From IMG/VR virus record IMGVR_UViG_3300032093_000178, positions 1 through 54,729 of that record: a DNA stretch of 54,729 bases; one strand, written 5' to 3'. Positions 20,901-29,100 of the stretch are shown piece by piece. The DNA is from a virus. Lineage: Duplodnaviria; Caudoviricetes. The notes beneath the pieces were generated by a model, which was not told the origin of the DNA, searched no databases, and saw only the letters and a program-made list of their open reading frames with translations. A program made the position numbers and the translations under genes. Positions within the stretch are counted from its first letter, which is position 1; each line of letters opens with the position of its first letter.

Positions 20901-23900
20901 GATAAATAAAATGCCCCACCATTTCCGGCTGCATTTGAATATACTGAACTCTTTGCCCAAACAATACCATCATTTCTAACTTCTAATGCAGCTCCACCAG
21001 TACCAACTCCACTTACGGCAAATCCTTCATTAGTACCACCACCTGTCCAAATAATATTTTTAAGTTGTGCTCCTAAATTTGTAGTAGAAGTAGTTGTTCT
21101 AAATCTTGCTCCCCAAGTGTTTGGTTCATTATTTACAGATAATAATCCGTCATTTGGTATATTAATTGAACCACCAACATTTAATCTATATGAATTATTT
21201 GGTGCAGTACCTATACCAGTATTACCTGCTATGTAAGCCTGTTTTGTACCTAAACTTTGGTCAGTTCCAGAGAATAAATAAAAATCAACTATATTATTTT
21301 CATCTTCAATATAAACTGGATAAACACTATCGCCTGCATCATTTGAATATCCTTCAATATACAACATTACCGAATTACCACTATTCCATGTACTATTGTA
21401 ACTTCCGCCACCTAATGAGAAGTTTTTGATATGACCCGCCACAGTACTACCAGCAGTACCACCCGTTATACTTCTATGCGTTAAAAGGCCTGTGTTTGAT
21501 ATTGTAAATCTATTTGCATTATTTGTTACGTCATAAACAACAAACGAACCATCCGCATTTATAATAGAATAATCGGAATCATTATTAGTATCCGTTAAAT
21601 TAATTCTTGGATATGTGTAAGATAAAGTTAAATCACCATTAAGTGTAAGTCCAGCAAAAGTTGGAGAATCAGTTGTTCTTATATTCTGATTCATTAAGTA
21701 AACTTCGGTTGCACCTTGTCCTGTATCAATCGTACCACTCAAAACTACATTTCCACTTACTGATAAAGTGTTATCTGCTGTCCATCTATCATTTGATTCA
21801 TCCCAATAGAATGAAACAGTTGATAATGAACCTCTTCTAACTTCAATACCCGCATTTTCAGTTGGTGTGCCAGTTGTGAAGTTTGAATTAAGAGTTATAA
21901 TATTATCCGCTAATAGGATTGTTTCAGTATTAATTGTAGTTGTTGTACCACTAACTGTCAAGTCACCGGTAATAACCGCATTACCAGTAACTGTCAATAA
22001 AGTTCCATTAAAAGTTAAATTACTTTCAACCGTTCCATTTGGTGCAGTTCCGTTTAATGTAATTACACCATTATCAGTTGTACCAGTTAATGCTAATAAT
22101 CCAGATGAACCAGATGTACCTTGTGTACCAGATGTTCCAGATGACCCGGATGAACCACTACTTCCAGATGTTCCAGATGAACCACTACTGCCTGATGAGC
22201 CACTGCTTCCAGATGAACCAGAAGTACCGCTACTTCCGGATGAACCGGATACTCCAGATGAACCTGATGTGCCTGAACTACCACCGGTGCCTCTTGTTCC
22301 AGATGACCCGGATGTACCAGAACTACCACTCGTGCCATCTGCTCCAGTTTTTCCACTTGTACCAGAACTTCCACTACTACCAGATGTGCCACTACTACCA
22401 GATACTCCAGAAGAACCAGATGAACCTGAACTTCCCGATGTACCTACTGCACCATCTTTACCAGATGTACCACTACTTCCATTACTTCCACTTTGTCCAG
22501 AAGTACCAGATGAACCAGAAGTACCTGAACTACCAGAAGACCCTGCAGAACCTCCCGTACCACCCGTTGAACTTGTACCAGATGAACCAGATGTACCAGA
22601 ACTTCCAGATGAACCAGAAGTACCCGAACTACCCGATGAACCTGAACTGCCACTCGCTCCACCTACTCCACTACTACCAGAAGAACCAGATGAACCAGAT
22701 GTGCCACTACTTCCAGAAGAACCAGAACTACCAGATGAGCCACTCGTTCCCCCACTACCAGCAGTACCAGAACCACCACCTGCTCCAGTTAGACCAGATG
22801 AACCTCCGCTACCAGAAGTACCAGATGAACCAGATGTTCCGTTACTTCCATCTTTACCAGAAGTACCAGATGACCCGGATGTACCAGATGAACCAGAAGT
22901 ACCAGGTGTACCCGTTCCTCCCGATATACCAGAACTTCCCGATGAGCCAGAAGAACCTCCACTACCAGATGTTCCAGATGAACCGGAAGTACCTGAACTA
23001 CCAGATGAGCCACTTATACCAGATGTACCATCTTTACCAGAAGAACCAGAAGAACCGTCTTTACCGGATACTCCACTAGTTCCTGATGAACCAGAACTTC
23101 CAGATGAACCAGAAGAACCTGATGTTCCCGATGAACCAGATGAACCCGATGAACCACCGCTTCCCGATGTACCAGAAGAACCTGAACTACCTGAACTACC
23201 AGAAGAACCTGAACTACCTGAACTACCAGATGTACCACTACTTCCAGATGAACCAGAGGTACCAGATGACCCGGATGTTCCAGAAGAACCAGAACTACCA
23301 GAAGAACCTGATGTTCCAGAAGAACCAGATGAACCTGAGCTACCTGAAGTTCCTGAAGAACCCGCAGAACCAGTTGTACCAGAGCTGCCACTTGTTCCAG
23401 ATGTACCAGAAGTACCAGAAGTTGCTGCTGCAAATCTTCTACTAACTCTACCAGTAGTTGTATTTAATACCAACACTTCATTTGTTGTGTTATCGGTTGG
23501 TATCGTATCAGGAGTTCCAACGAATATAGAACCACTTATGTTTAAACTACCTGTGATTTCTTGTCTATCGGATGTAGCATCCCCAAATTTATTTGAACCA
23601 GATGAATAAATTACGGATGATGAAATAAATGTTGTACTTATTTCAGTTGATGTAATCTTACCACTAACATTAATATTACCAATTATATTTGCATTACCGG
23701 TTACATTTGCATTTCCAGTTAGAGTTAATCCACCACTTATATTTGTTGGTACATTTACTACCAATCCGTTATTAGGTGAAATTTGTGCAACTGCAGAACC
23801 TGATTTTATTCTATTGATATCACCAATCGAATCCGCTTGTATATTAAATAGTCCACTACCATCTCCTCTAAATATTGATGCCGATACCGACCCAGTTATT

Positions 23901-24109
23901 AATGTATTTGCATTAATTGTAAGTGTTTCTGATGCTGGAGTATCGATTATTGATGTTTCAATTTTAGAAGCAGAAAAAGGTATCGCGTTTACAATACTAA
24001 TTGAATTTGGGGAAGCACTTATAACAGGGCTTCCACTAACATAAAGTGATATTACGCTAGAACTTACTTGATTTAATCCATTTGGGTCAATACCTATAAA
24101 ACTACTCAT
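14903..24109 (-). CDS. Giant trimeric fibre/adhesin with a Gly-X-Ser tract, ~15 modules and a C-terminal S74 intramolecular chaperone, 3068 aa
   Basis: C-terminal 'SSDERLKENI...LRGVYFDWK...IGVIAQEVEKVIP...VLIQSVKEQ' is the S74 signature; repeated 'RAPIFYDxxNTGYYxDP' linkers. Confidence 0.85.
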   Translation of the reverse strand: MSSFIGIDPNGLNQVSSSVISLYVSGSPVISASPNSISIVNAIPFSASKIETSIIDTPASETLTINANTLITGSVSASIFRGDGSGLFNIQADSIGDINRIKSGSAVAQISPNNGLVVNVPTNISGGLTLTGNANVTGNANIIGNINVSGKITSTEISTTFISSSVIYSSGSNKFGDATSDRQEITGSLNISGSIFVGTPDTIPTDNTTNEVLVLNTTTGRVSRRFAAATSGTSGTSGTSGSSGTTGSAGSSGTSGSSGSSGSSGTSGSSGSSGSSGTSGSSGTSGSSGSSGTSGSSGSSGSSGSSGSSGSSGTSGSGGSSGSSGSSGTSGSSGSSGSSGSSGTSGVSGKDGSSGSSGKDGTSGISGSSGSSGTSGSSGTSGSGGSSGSSGSSGISGGTGTPGTSGSSGTSGSSGTSGKDGSNGTSGSSGTSGSGGSSGLTGAGGGSGTAGSGGTSGSSGSSGSSGSSGTSGSSGSSGSSGVGGASGSSGSSGSSGTSGSSGSSGTSGSSGTSSTGGTGGSAGSSGSSGTSGSSGTSGQSGSNGSSGTSGKDGAVGTSGSSGSSGSSGVSGSSGTSGSSGSSGTSGKTGADGTSGSSGTSGSSGTRGTGGSSGTSGSSGVSGSSGSSGTSGSSGSSGSSGSSGSSGTSGSSGSSGSSGTSGTQGTSGSSGLLALTGTTDNGVITLNGTAPNGTVESNLTFNGTLLTVTGNAVITGDLTVSGTTTTINTETILLADNIITLNSNFTTGTPTENAGIEVRRGSLSTVSFYWDESNDRWTADNTLSVSGNVVLSGTIDTGQGATEVYLMNQNIRTTDSPTFAGLTLNGDLTLSYTYPRINLTDTNNDSDYSIINADGSFVVYDVTNNANRFTISNTGLLTHRSITGGTAGSTVAGHIKNFSLGGGSYNSTWNSGNSVMLYIEGYSNDAGDSVYPVYIEDENNIVDFYLFSGTDQSLGTKQAYIAGNTGIGTAPNNSYRLNVGGSINIPNDGLLSVNNEPNTWGARFRTTTSTTNLGAQLKNIIWTGGGTNEGFAVSGVGTGGAALEVRNDGIVWAKSSVYSNAAGNGGAFYLSDTAAGIYRDNTYDVTVIQNNSSGNILNLASAGDVRVSIDSNNNDTGVRFIVGNNAIKSTNELFSVNESGVAYASSDFRAPIFYDSDNTSYYTNPLSTSRLNALQVNKTYQNEQYIDVPGTFNGNRRWVRFSISRFNSGGSPVRLSISRAISDNGSNPYGGCTAEFVINSREWHSGQENMWYFYTEHGSYNANQNPYGYYIYQAGPRDLAGSGYWFYMLLLDGVRYRMSVSADMNFNNDNIGSIEYSVADPGGVPRVPLGSGVIGNNTTYNQTTSTYAMHSIMYDYDDRNYYIDPNSTSRIRKTNLVASGTSWDDGLNLYSSDESNRWNLLVDNGASDYLRFAYNNSEDFRLQPDATISYNSMYAPIYYDLDDSTYYTNPANGGFVLQGGSSNRVKFYTNDSGFRVQNPEGNGVSDVRLGAAWGAPGVYSSTYLMLGSENYVEFRIGNSQKGYMDSSSNLYSFGSVRSPIYYDYTSTAYYLDPASTSNLNEVYAYSYRGNGNVGGTGNASWHPNGIYSAGYNWLYGGINGGGNSATNFSDVRASIFYDYDDTGYFLNPASTATSLRIQGGIKQRNIVGRPYAVWGATGATGAVIIKFPGGTGNYGMIHAVIDIYEYNGNAAATVIVGGHNWNGAWYNYNANVVGYTDKQVRVGVKDGRYCIVIGTGGSSWSYGQVVLRKIQNGTYYDGVMDVAEGYSAAIESDSYSWISGDLQVLRSRDIYGVNYVQAPIFYDTNSTYYFNGDSTTAIRTHGSWRADSSGWDGEYAGKIQYHSSNWYFQYASYFIFRNSGGSNVVEGDTSGNLWAYGSMRSPIFYDQNNTGYYSDPASTNNFNQTEQNGRMWYSNYLVSRNSGGLMGDYNNAGTSAKVIWTIGESWPLGNMYGLGYEYGSGYGHHLALKDNGTTYSRLGFAGGAFIGGTVSVGGAMYAPIYYDSNDGGYYGDFASTSRTNYIVGNRIKLVNNVNNEPRWDFSAYVVEAQHWYGNNSSMTMYMGEGSNTIQVPGSGGIRPQIIYDYNDNGWYLNMDGTSNLNRFTQRTHAAMNRGYHWITPRFDYTSDVNYWTGTFGWGTSAGNWDNAWKSGFGGWDIWGGGTGHPQGGGYVHAQGIVSGQHYASSDGGSAYGWQMVGAHDAGSRWWLRGKWGGTTYPWYEVMLYDRNIGGGTFYAGYWYDGNNTGYYIDPNGSSQMSAVYANDWFRAQGCAGFYFQSYSRGLWSPECEGNPYGHVATNGGGRNGWGGYGIFSRYTLMSTGGDNVGMHDSARGWVWYMSGGELNLYYAGSDRASMRSHGIYAHSDVRAAIYYDHDTGYYFDGNGTSNMNRFTDRTKASMGNTAKYNSPRWDFTGDSNYWVGSMGWGTTDLNSVWNWGSGFFDSWGNPGNQPAGTSHWTGIQTAHYTCGYGCGYGWQMVGGPISGLWFRNVWSSPSGWRKIAMYGLNEYSSDFYATIVYDSNNTGFYSDPNGTSALSRITVDSEIISRNGCGRIYLPGNLHIDSYCGYSIYMNYYTNQWMRYFGPSEYYGNGIYGVGEIYSNIFYDRNDSGYRLDPNGTSQLHYVLANNWFRPQGCTGVYWESYGRGIWSPECEGNPYGHIATYGGGRNGWYGYGIGSRYTFMSTMGDNVGLHDSARGWIWYMSGAELNMYYAGSRRMVTTGWGVYVDQYLEAGGSLRAPIFYDNQDTGYYLDQHNTDNQGLRIRGGTLHGPNWWWGAYLRVGANNHIGDWAQMFTSNGNLHIDARPGYPMYLNWHTGNTVLINSDVQARIYYDLDDTGYYFGSSSGDGRFRYTNTNGGFSQPNYEFQFVTNRAYYVNDTNTANLQACANSNLTAFFSWHKYGVFATNMGLDVDNVIRIGGWSMGANRWQLTPGGDMYAAGNIIAYSSDERLKENITTISDALGMLKRLRGVYFDWKDIVDDLGFNPVDRHDIGVIAQEVEKVIPQAIKPAPFDALSDGKSISGQNYKTVQLEKIVPVLIQSVKEQQEIIEKQNKEIEELKTIVHKILNKN
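22100..23422 (-). repeat. Gly-X-Ser (GSS/GTS) tripeptide tract, ~440 aa
   Basis: Near-continuous 9-nt periodic repeat (ccagatgaa/ccagaagta variants on the plus strand). Confidence 0.95.
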
Positions 24110-24127
24110 CTACCTAATTTACTTTTT

Positions 24128-24460
24128 TTATGATAACTCTAACGCTGAAATGATTACATCTGCAGACGATGCCACAGATGATACTACTGCTAAAGTATCT
24201 GTTGCTTCCATAACTATTTTTTGTTCGCCACCTACAAGAACTACTGATGACCCTTGGGTAATAAGTACATCTTTTACTAAATATACGGTTTTAGTTGCCG
24301 AAGTATCCGTCAATCTAACACTTACCGATATATTTTGTGTTGCTACATTTGCAACATTAACTCCAATAATAGTAGTAGTGGTTGCAGATGGAACTGAATA
24401 CACTATTGTATTCGATGTTCCGATTGAACCTGTAATACTATTTTTAAATACGTTTGCCAT
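24128..24460 (-). CDS. Small beta-rich virion protein, 110 aa
   Basis: 'MANVFKN...VYSVPSATTTTIIGVNVAN...KIVMEATDTL...DVIISALE'; similar to the termini of the 305-aa protein. Confidence 0.75.
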   Translation of the reverse strand: MANVFKNSITGSIGTSNTIVYSVPSATTTTIIGVNVANVATQNISVSVRLTDTSATKTVYLVKDVLITQGSSVVLVGGEQKIVMEATDTLAVVSSVASSADVIISALELS

Positions 24461-24473
24461 CTATATTTTTATT

Positions 24474-24755
24474 TTATCCTAAAGCAATAGCATATGCTAA
24501 AGAGGTATCTAGTACATCTACTCCATCTACTAAATATCCACCCGCAGTTAGGTTCATAGAACCCGTCAAAATTACCGAGCCAGTTATGGATAATCGGTTA
24601 TTTACATTTAGGTTATCAAATGATGCCTGCTGTACATCGATAGTTCCTTTAAAAGAACCCGTCAATGAACCTGTAAACGAACCGCTTAAATCCGCAAAAG
24701 CGAAATTTCTATCCTGTGAAATTGAACCCGAAAATATGGGATTGTGTATTACCAT
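24474..24755 (-). CDS. Small fibre-associated protein, 93 aa
   Basis: SGSFTGS repeats and a terminal 'LAYAIALG'; has an upstream ATATTTATA motif (24781-24789). Confidence 0.7.
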   Translation of the reverse strand: MVIHNPIFSGSISQDRNFAFADLSGSFTGSLTGSFKGTIDVQQASFDNLNVNNRLSITGSVILTGSMNLTAGGYLVDGVDVLDTSLAYAIALG

Positions 24756-24804
24756 TTTACCTGCTTACTTTTGTTATAGGTATAAATATAAACGAATCCT
24801 TCTT

Positions 24805-25248
24805 TTAAGGTTTTATTGGCCATTCAATATTAAACGGGTCTATTTGGTTTGTTATATCTCTTAAATTTTGTCTATATTCTGTCCAAACTGATTTAATTTC
24901 AGTTGGTATGTCCGATAATTGAGTCCAATCACACTCCGATAATAGCTCGTTTCTAATATCTCTAATATTAGCCCATTTTTCTTCTACTCGTGTATTGATT
25001 AGTTCCTGTGTTGCATCGGTTATTACCCAATTTTGATAATAAACTCCTTCAATTAGTATAGGAGTTTCTTCGGACACTATTTTTGTGTAGTTATTTGGTT
25101 TAGGAGTCTGTCTTACTTCATACATATCCCACGATAATAAATCGTTTTCAGTAAGTTCCAAAGGGAACGTTACATTTTTATTATCCGTTTTTAAATTTTC
25201 AATAGAATACGGATATTGAATTTCGTTATTTATAATTCTTAAATACAT
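24805..25248 (-). CDS. Tail fibre assembly chaperone-like protein, 147 aa
   Basis: 'WANIRDIRNELLSECDWTQLSD...WTEYRQNLRDIT...IEWPIKP' is a typical phage tail assembly chaperone motif. Confidence 0.8.
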   Translation of the reverse strand: MYLRIINNEIQYPYSIENLKTDNKNVTFPLELTENDLLSWDMYEVRQTPKPNNYTKIVSEETPILIEGVYYQNWVITDATQELINTRVEEKWANIRDIRNELLSECDWTQLSDIPTEIKSVWTEYRQNLRDITNQIDPFNIEWPIKP

Positions 25249-25249
25249 A

Positions 25250-26149
25250 TTATTTCCAAATTGTAGGTATTGAAGCGTAATTTGATAAATTTATACAATT
25301 TCTAAAAGCATCCGTTCCAAATGGAGTAGGAACTCTATTCCATAAATCGGGTGCCGTTCCAGTCATTGCATTAGCAGTTGTTGCCATATTATATACGTTT
25401 ACAAAAGTACTCACCGAAGTATTATATGTAAATTGTAAAGGTTGAGTTACAGCATAGCAGTTTCTAAAAGTTGAAGCAAAACTAATTGCGTTTATATTCA
25501 AATCAAAAAGAGTTGATGGTACAGTACTCAATGAAGTACAAGTACTAAAACATGCTGCAAAGTTTGTAGCTGATACGTTTTCATCAAATAATCCCGTAGG
25601 TATTGATGTAATTGGTGTATTTGTAAAAGTATCGGTAAAAGTAGTTGCGTTTGGAGAATATGCAAACAAATCCGCAGGGATTGATGTTAATCCGGTATTT
25701 CTCATAAAACTAGCAAAGGTAATAACTTCTGCTAATCCAGTATATCCACCAACTCCACTTAAAGAAGCACTACCAGGAATAGTTGTTAAATTAGAACAAC
25801 CATAAAAATCAATTGCTCTCAATCCAACAGTACCCCATTGTATTAATGCAACAATAAGAGGACGAATCGCCGCATTATTATTAACCTTAAAATACGGCAT
25901 AAACCCGCTTATACTAATATCATATGTACCAGCACTAACGTATGTATGCGTTTTATCCAAATCAGTTGATGAGGTAATTGTAGAAGAACTACTATCTCCC
26001 CAATTAACCGTAAAGGTAGGAGTAAACCCAGCATAATCAGCAATAGGTAAAGTAAAAATAGTATTAGCAGATGTTGTAGTAATTCTGATAATAAATGGGA
26101 ACTCTTGTCCCCCTTCTGCTGATGTTATTAATCTTCTAAAAATTCCCAT
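25250..26149 (-). CDS. PKD-like domain plus BspA-like leucine-rich repeats, 299 aa; possible fibre-tip adhesin
   Basis: 'VNWGD...THTYVSAGTYDISISG' (PKD) and repeats such as 'LTSIPADLF...ATTFTDTF' and 'ITSIPTGLFDENVSATNFAACF'. Confidence 0.75.
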   Translation of the reverse strand: MGIFRRLITSAEGGQEFPFIIRITTTSANTIFTLPIADYAGFTPTFTVNWGDSSSSTITSSTDLDKTHTYVSAGTYDISISGFMPYFKVNNNAAIRPLIVALIQWGTVGLRAIDFYGCSNLTTIPGSASLSGVGGYTGLAEVITFASFMRNTGLTSIPADLFAYSPNATTFTDTFTNTPITSIPTGLFDENVSATNFAACFSTCTSLSTVPSTLFDLNINAISFASTFRNCYAVTQPLQFTYNTSVSTFVNVYNMATTANAMTGTAPDLWNRVPTPFGTDAFRNCINLSNYASIPTIWK

Positions 26150-26154
26150 AACTA

Positions 26155-29100
26155 TTAACTAAAGTTTTTACCACTAACAAATCCATAATATGTAGTACCG
26201 CCATCATAAGTATAGAATACCAAAATATCAGTTCCAACGGATGTTAATGTTGGTTGGCTACCACCAGCCCAATCTACATTACCAGGCCAAGTTATCGTAT
26301 ATGCTCCAGCATTCACAGTAACTAATGTAAATCCAAATGCGTTTGAACCCGGTGCGTTTGTGAATGTAACGGTTGAATTGGTATTAAATTGTCTTCTGAA
26401 GTTATTTCCGGTTGAAAGGTCTATTGTTACACTTCCACCTGTCCCTTGGTCTGCATAAGTTTCTCTAAATGTAGTTGCCGAAACGAATGTAGTTGCCGCT
26501 AATGATGTTGTTACCGTTACATTACCAGTTACACTTAACGTACTACCATTGAATGTTAAATTCGATTCAACGTTTGCACCAAATGAAACGGCATTATAAG
26601 TTAAGATACCATCTTCGGTATTACCCGCTAATGGGAACCCAGATGTACCTGATGTACCTGATGTAAATCCAGGTGCAGATGTACCGGATGTACCACTTTG
26701 TCCAGAAGTACCAGATGTAAAACCAGGAGGAGTTGTACCAGATGTACCAGCCGTGCCACTTATTCCAGAAGTACCAGATGTACCAGATGTGAAACCAGGA
26801 GGAGTTGTACCAGATGTACCAGCAGTACCACTTTCTCCAGAACTACCCGATGTACCGGATGTGAAGCCCGGAGGCGTTGTACCCGATGTACCAGATGTTC
26901 CAGTTTCACCAGATGTTCCCGATGTAAAGCCTGGAGGTGTTGTACCCGATGTACCAGATGTTCCTGCTTCACCGGTTGCATTTGTACCATCTTTACCAGA
27001 TGTACCACTACTACCAAAATATGTTCCATCAAATCCAGAAGTTCCAGATGTACCATTTGTACCTAATCCAGAAGTTCCAGATGTACCACTTACGCCCGAT
27101 GTACCAGATTCACCAGATGTACCACTACTTCCAAATAAAGTTCCATCTTTACCAGATGAACCAGATGTACCAGTAGTTCCACTCACACCAGATGTGCCAC
27201 TTTGTCCAGAAGAACCCGAAGTTCCACTTACACCCGATGTACCAGATGAACCAAAATAAGTACCATCTAACCCAGAACTACCCGATGTACCAGAAGAACC
27301 AGAAGTTCCTGATGTGCCACTTTCTCCACTGGTTCCAGATGTACCACTTTCTCCACTAGTTCCAGATGAACCAAATAATGTACCATCTTTACCAGAAGTT
27401 CCAGAAGAACCCGATGAACCACCACTACCATCAGTTCCACTTTGTCCAGAACTACCCGATGTACCGGCTGTACCACTTTCTCCAGAAGTTCCTGAAGAAC
27501 CAAAGAATGTTCCATCTTTACCAGAACTACCTGATGTGCCACTTACTCCCGAAGTACCACCCGTTCCAGCACTACCAGATGAACCAGTTGTACCAGATGA
27601 GCCACTACTTCCAGATGTACCAGAAGTCCCTGAAGAACCAAAGAATGTCCCATCTTTACCAGAACTACCTGATGTACCCGCTGAACCAGATGTGCCATCA
27701 GAACCAGAAGTTCCTGATGTGCCACTTTCTCCAGAAGAACCAGAAGTACCGGATGAACCTTCCGCGGAAGTACCAGATGAACCAGATGAACCAGATGTGC
27801 CACTTTCTCCAGATGTACCCGAAGTGCCACTTTCTCCAGAAGTTCCTGCAGAACCAGTTGAACCACTACTACCAGATGTACCATGTGAACCAAAGAATGT
27901 TCCGTCTAAACCAGATGTACCAGATGTGCCATCTTTACCAGATGAACCAGAAGAACCTGATGTACCCGAAGTGCCACTTTCTCCAGATGTTCCCGAAGTA
28001 CCATGTGAACCAAAGAATGTTCCATCTTTACCGGAACTACCCGAAGTACCATCGGTACCAGATAAACCAGATGAACCGGATGTGCCACTACTACCAGAAG
28101 AACCAGATGTACCAGCACTACCGAAGAATGTTCCATCGATACCACTACTACCAGATGTTCCAAATGAACCATCAACACCAGTTGTACCAGAAGTTCCTGT
28201 TAATCCTGATGAACCCGATGTACCAGATTCACCGGATGTACCACTACTTCCAAAGAATGTTCCATCAACACCGCTTGTTCCAGAAGAACCCGATGTACCA
28301 GATGTGCCACTGCTTCCAGATGAGCCAGAAGTACCCGAAGTTCCTGAAGAACCAAAATAAGTTCCGTCTAATCCAGAAGTTCCAGATGACCCGGATGAAC
28401 CACTACTTCCAGATGTTCCAGATGAACCCGATGTTCCATCTTTACCAGATGTGCCGCTACTACCAGATGAGCCACTACTTCCAGATGTACCATATGAACC
28501 AGTTGTACCAGAACTACCAGATGTACCAGATGAACCTGAAGTTCCTGATGTTCCATCTACCCCTGAACTTCCACTGCTTCCGCTACTTCCAGAAGAACCA
28601 GATGAACCGGTTGTACCAGATGAGCCACTACTTCCACTCGTGCCACTACTGCCAGATGTACCATCGGTACCAGATGTGCCAGATGTGCCACTGCTTCCAG
28701 ATGAACCAGAAGTTCCTGCAGAACCAGTTGAACCACTACTACCAGATGAACCAGATGAGCCACTACTTCCACTACTTCCTGCGGTTCCAGATGAACCAGA
28801 ACTACCAGAAGAACCTGCTGAACCGTTTGTACCAGAAGTTCCTGCAGAGCCAGATGAACCCGAACTTCCTGATGTTCCAGATGACCCATCTTCTCCGGAT
28901 GAACCAGATGTACCAGAAGAACCGGAAGAACCCGCTGACCCGGTTGTACCAGAGCTACCAGATGTACCGGTTGTACCAGATGAACCACCACTACCATCGG
29001 AACCAGATGACCCGGATGTACCAGAAGAACCAGATGAACCAGATGTACCAGATGTGCCGCTTTGTCCAGAAGTTCCAGAGGTACCAGATGTACCTGCTGA

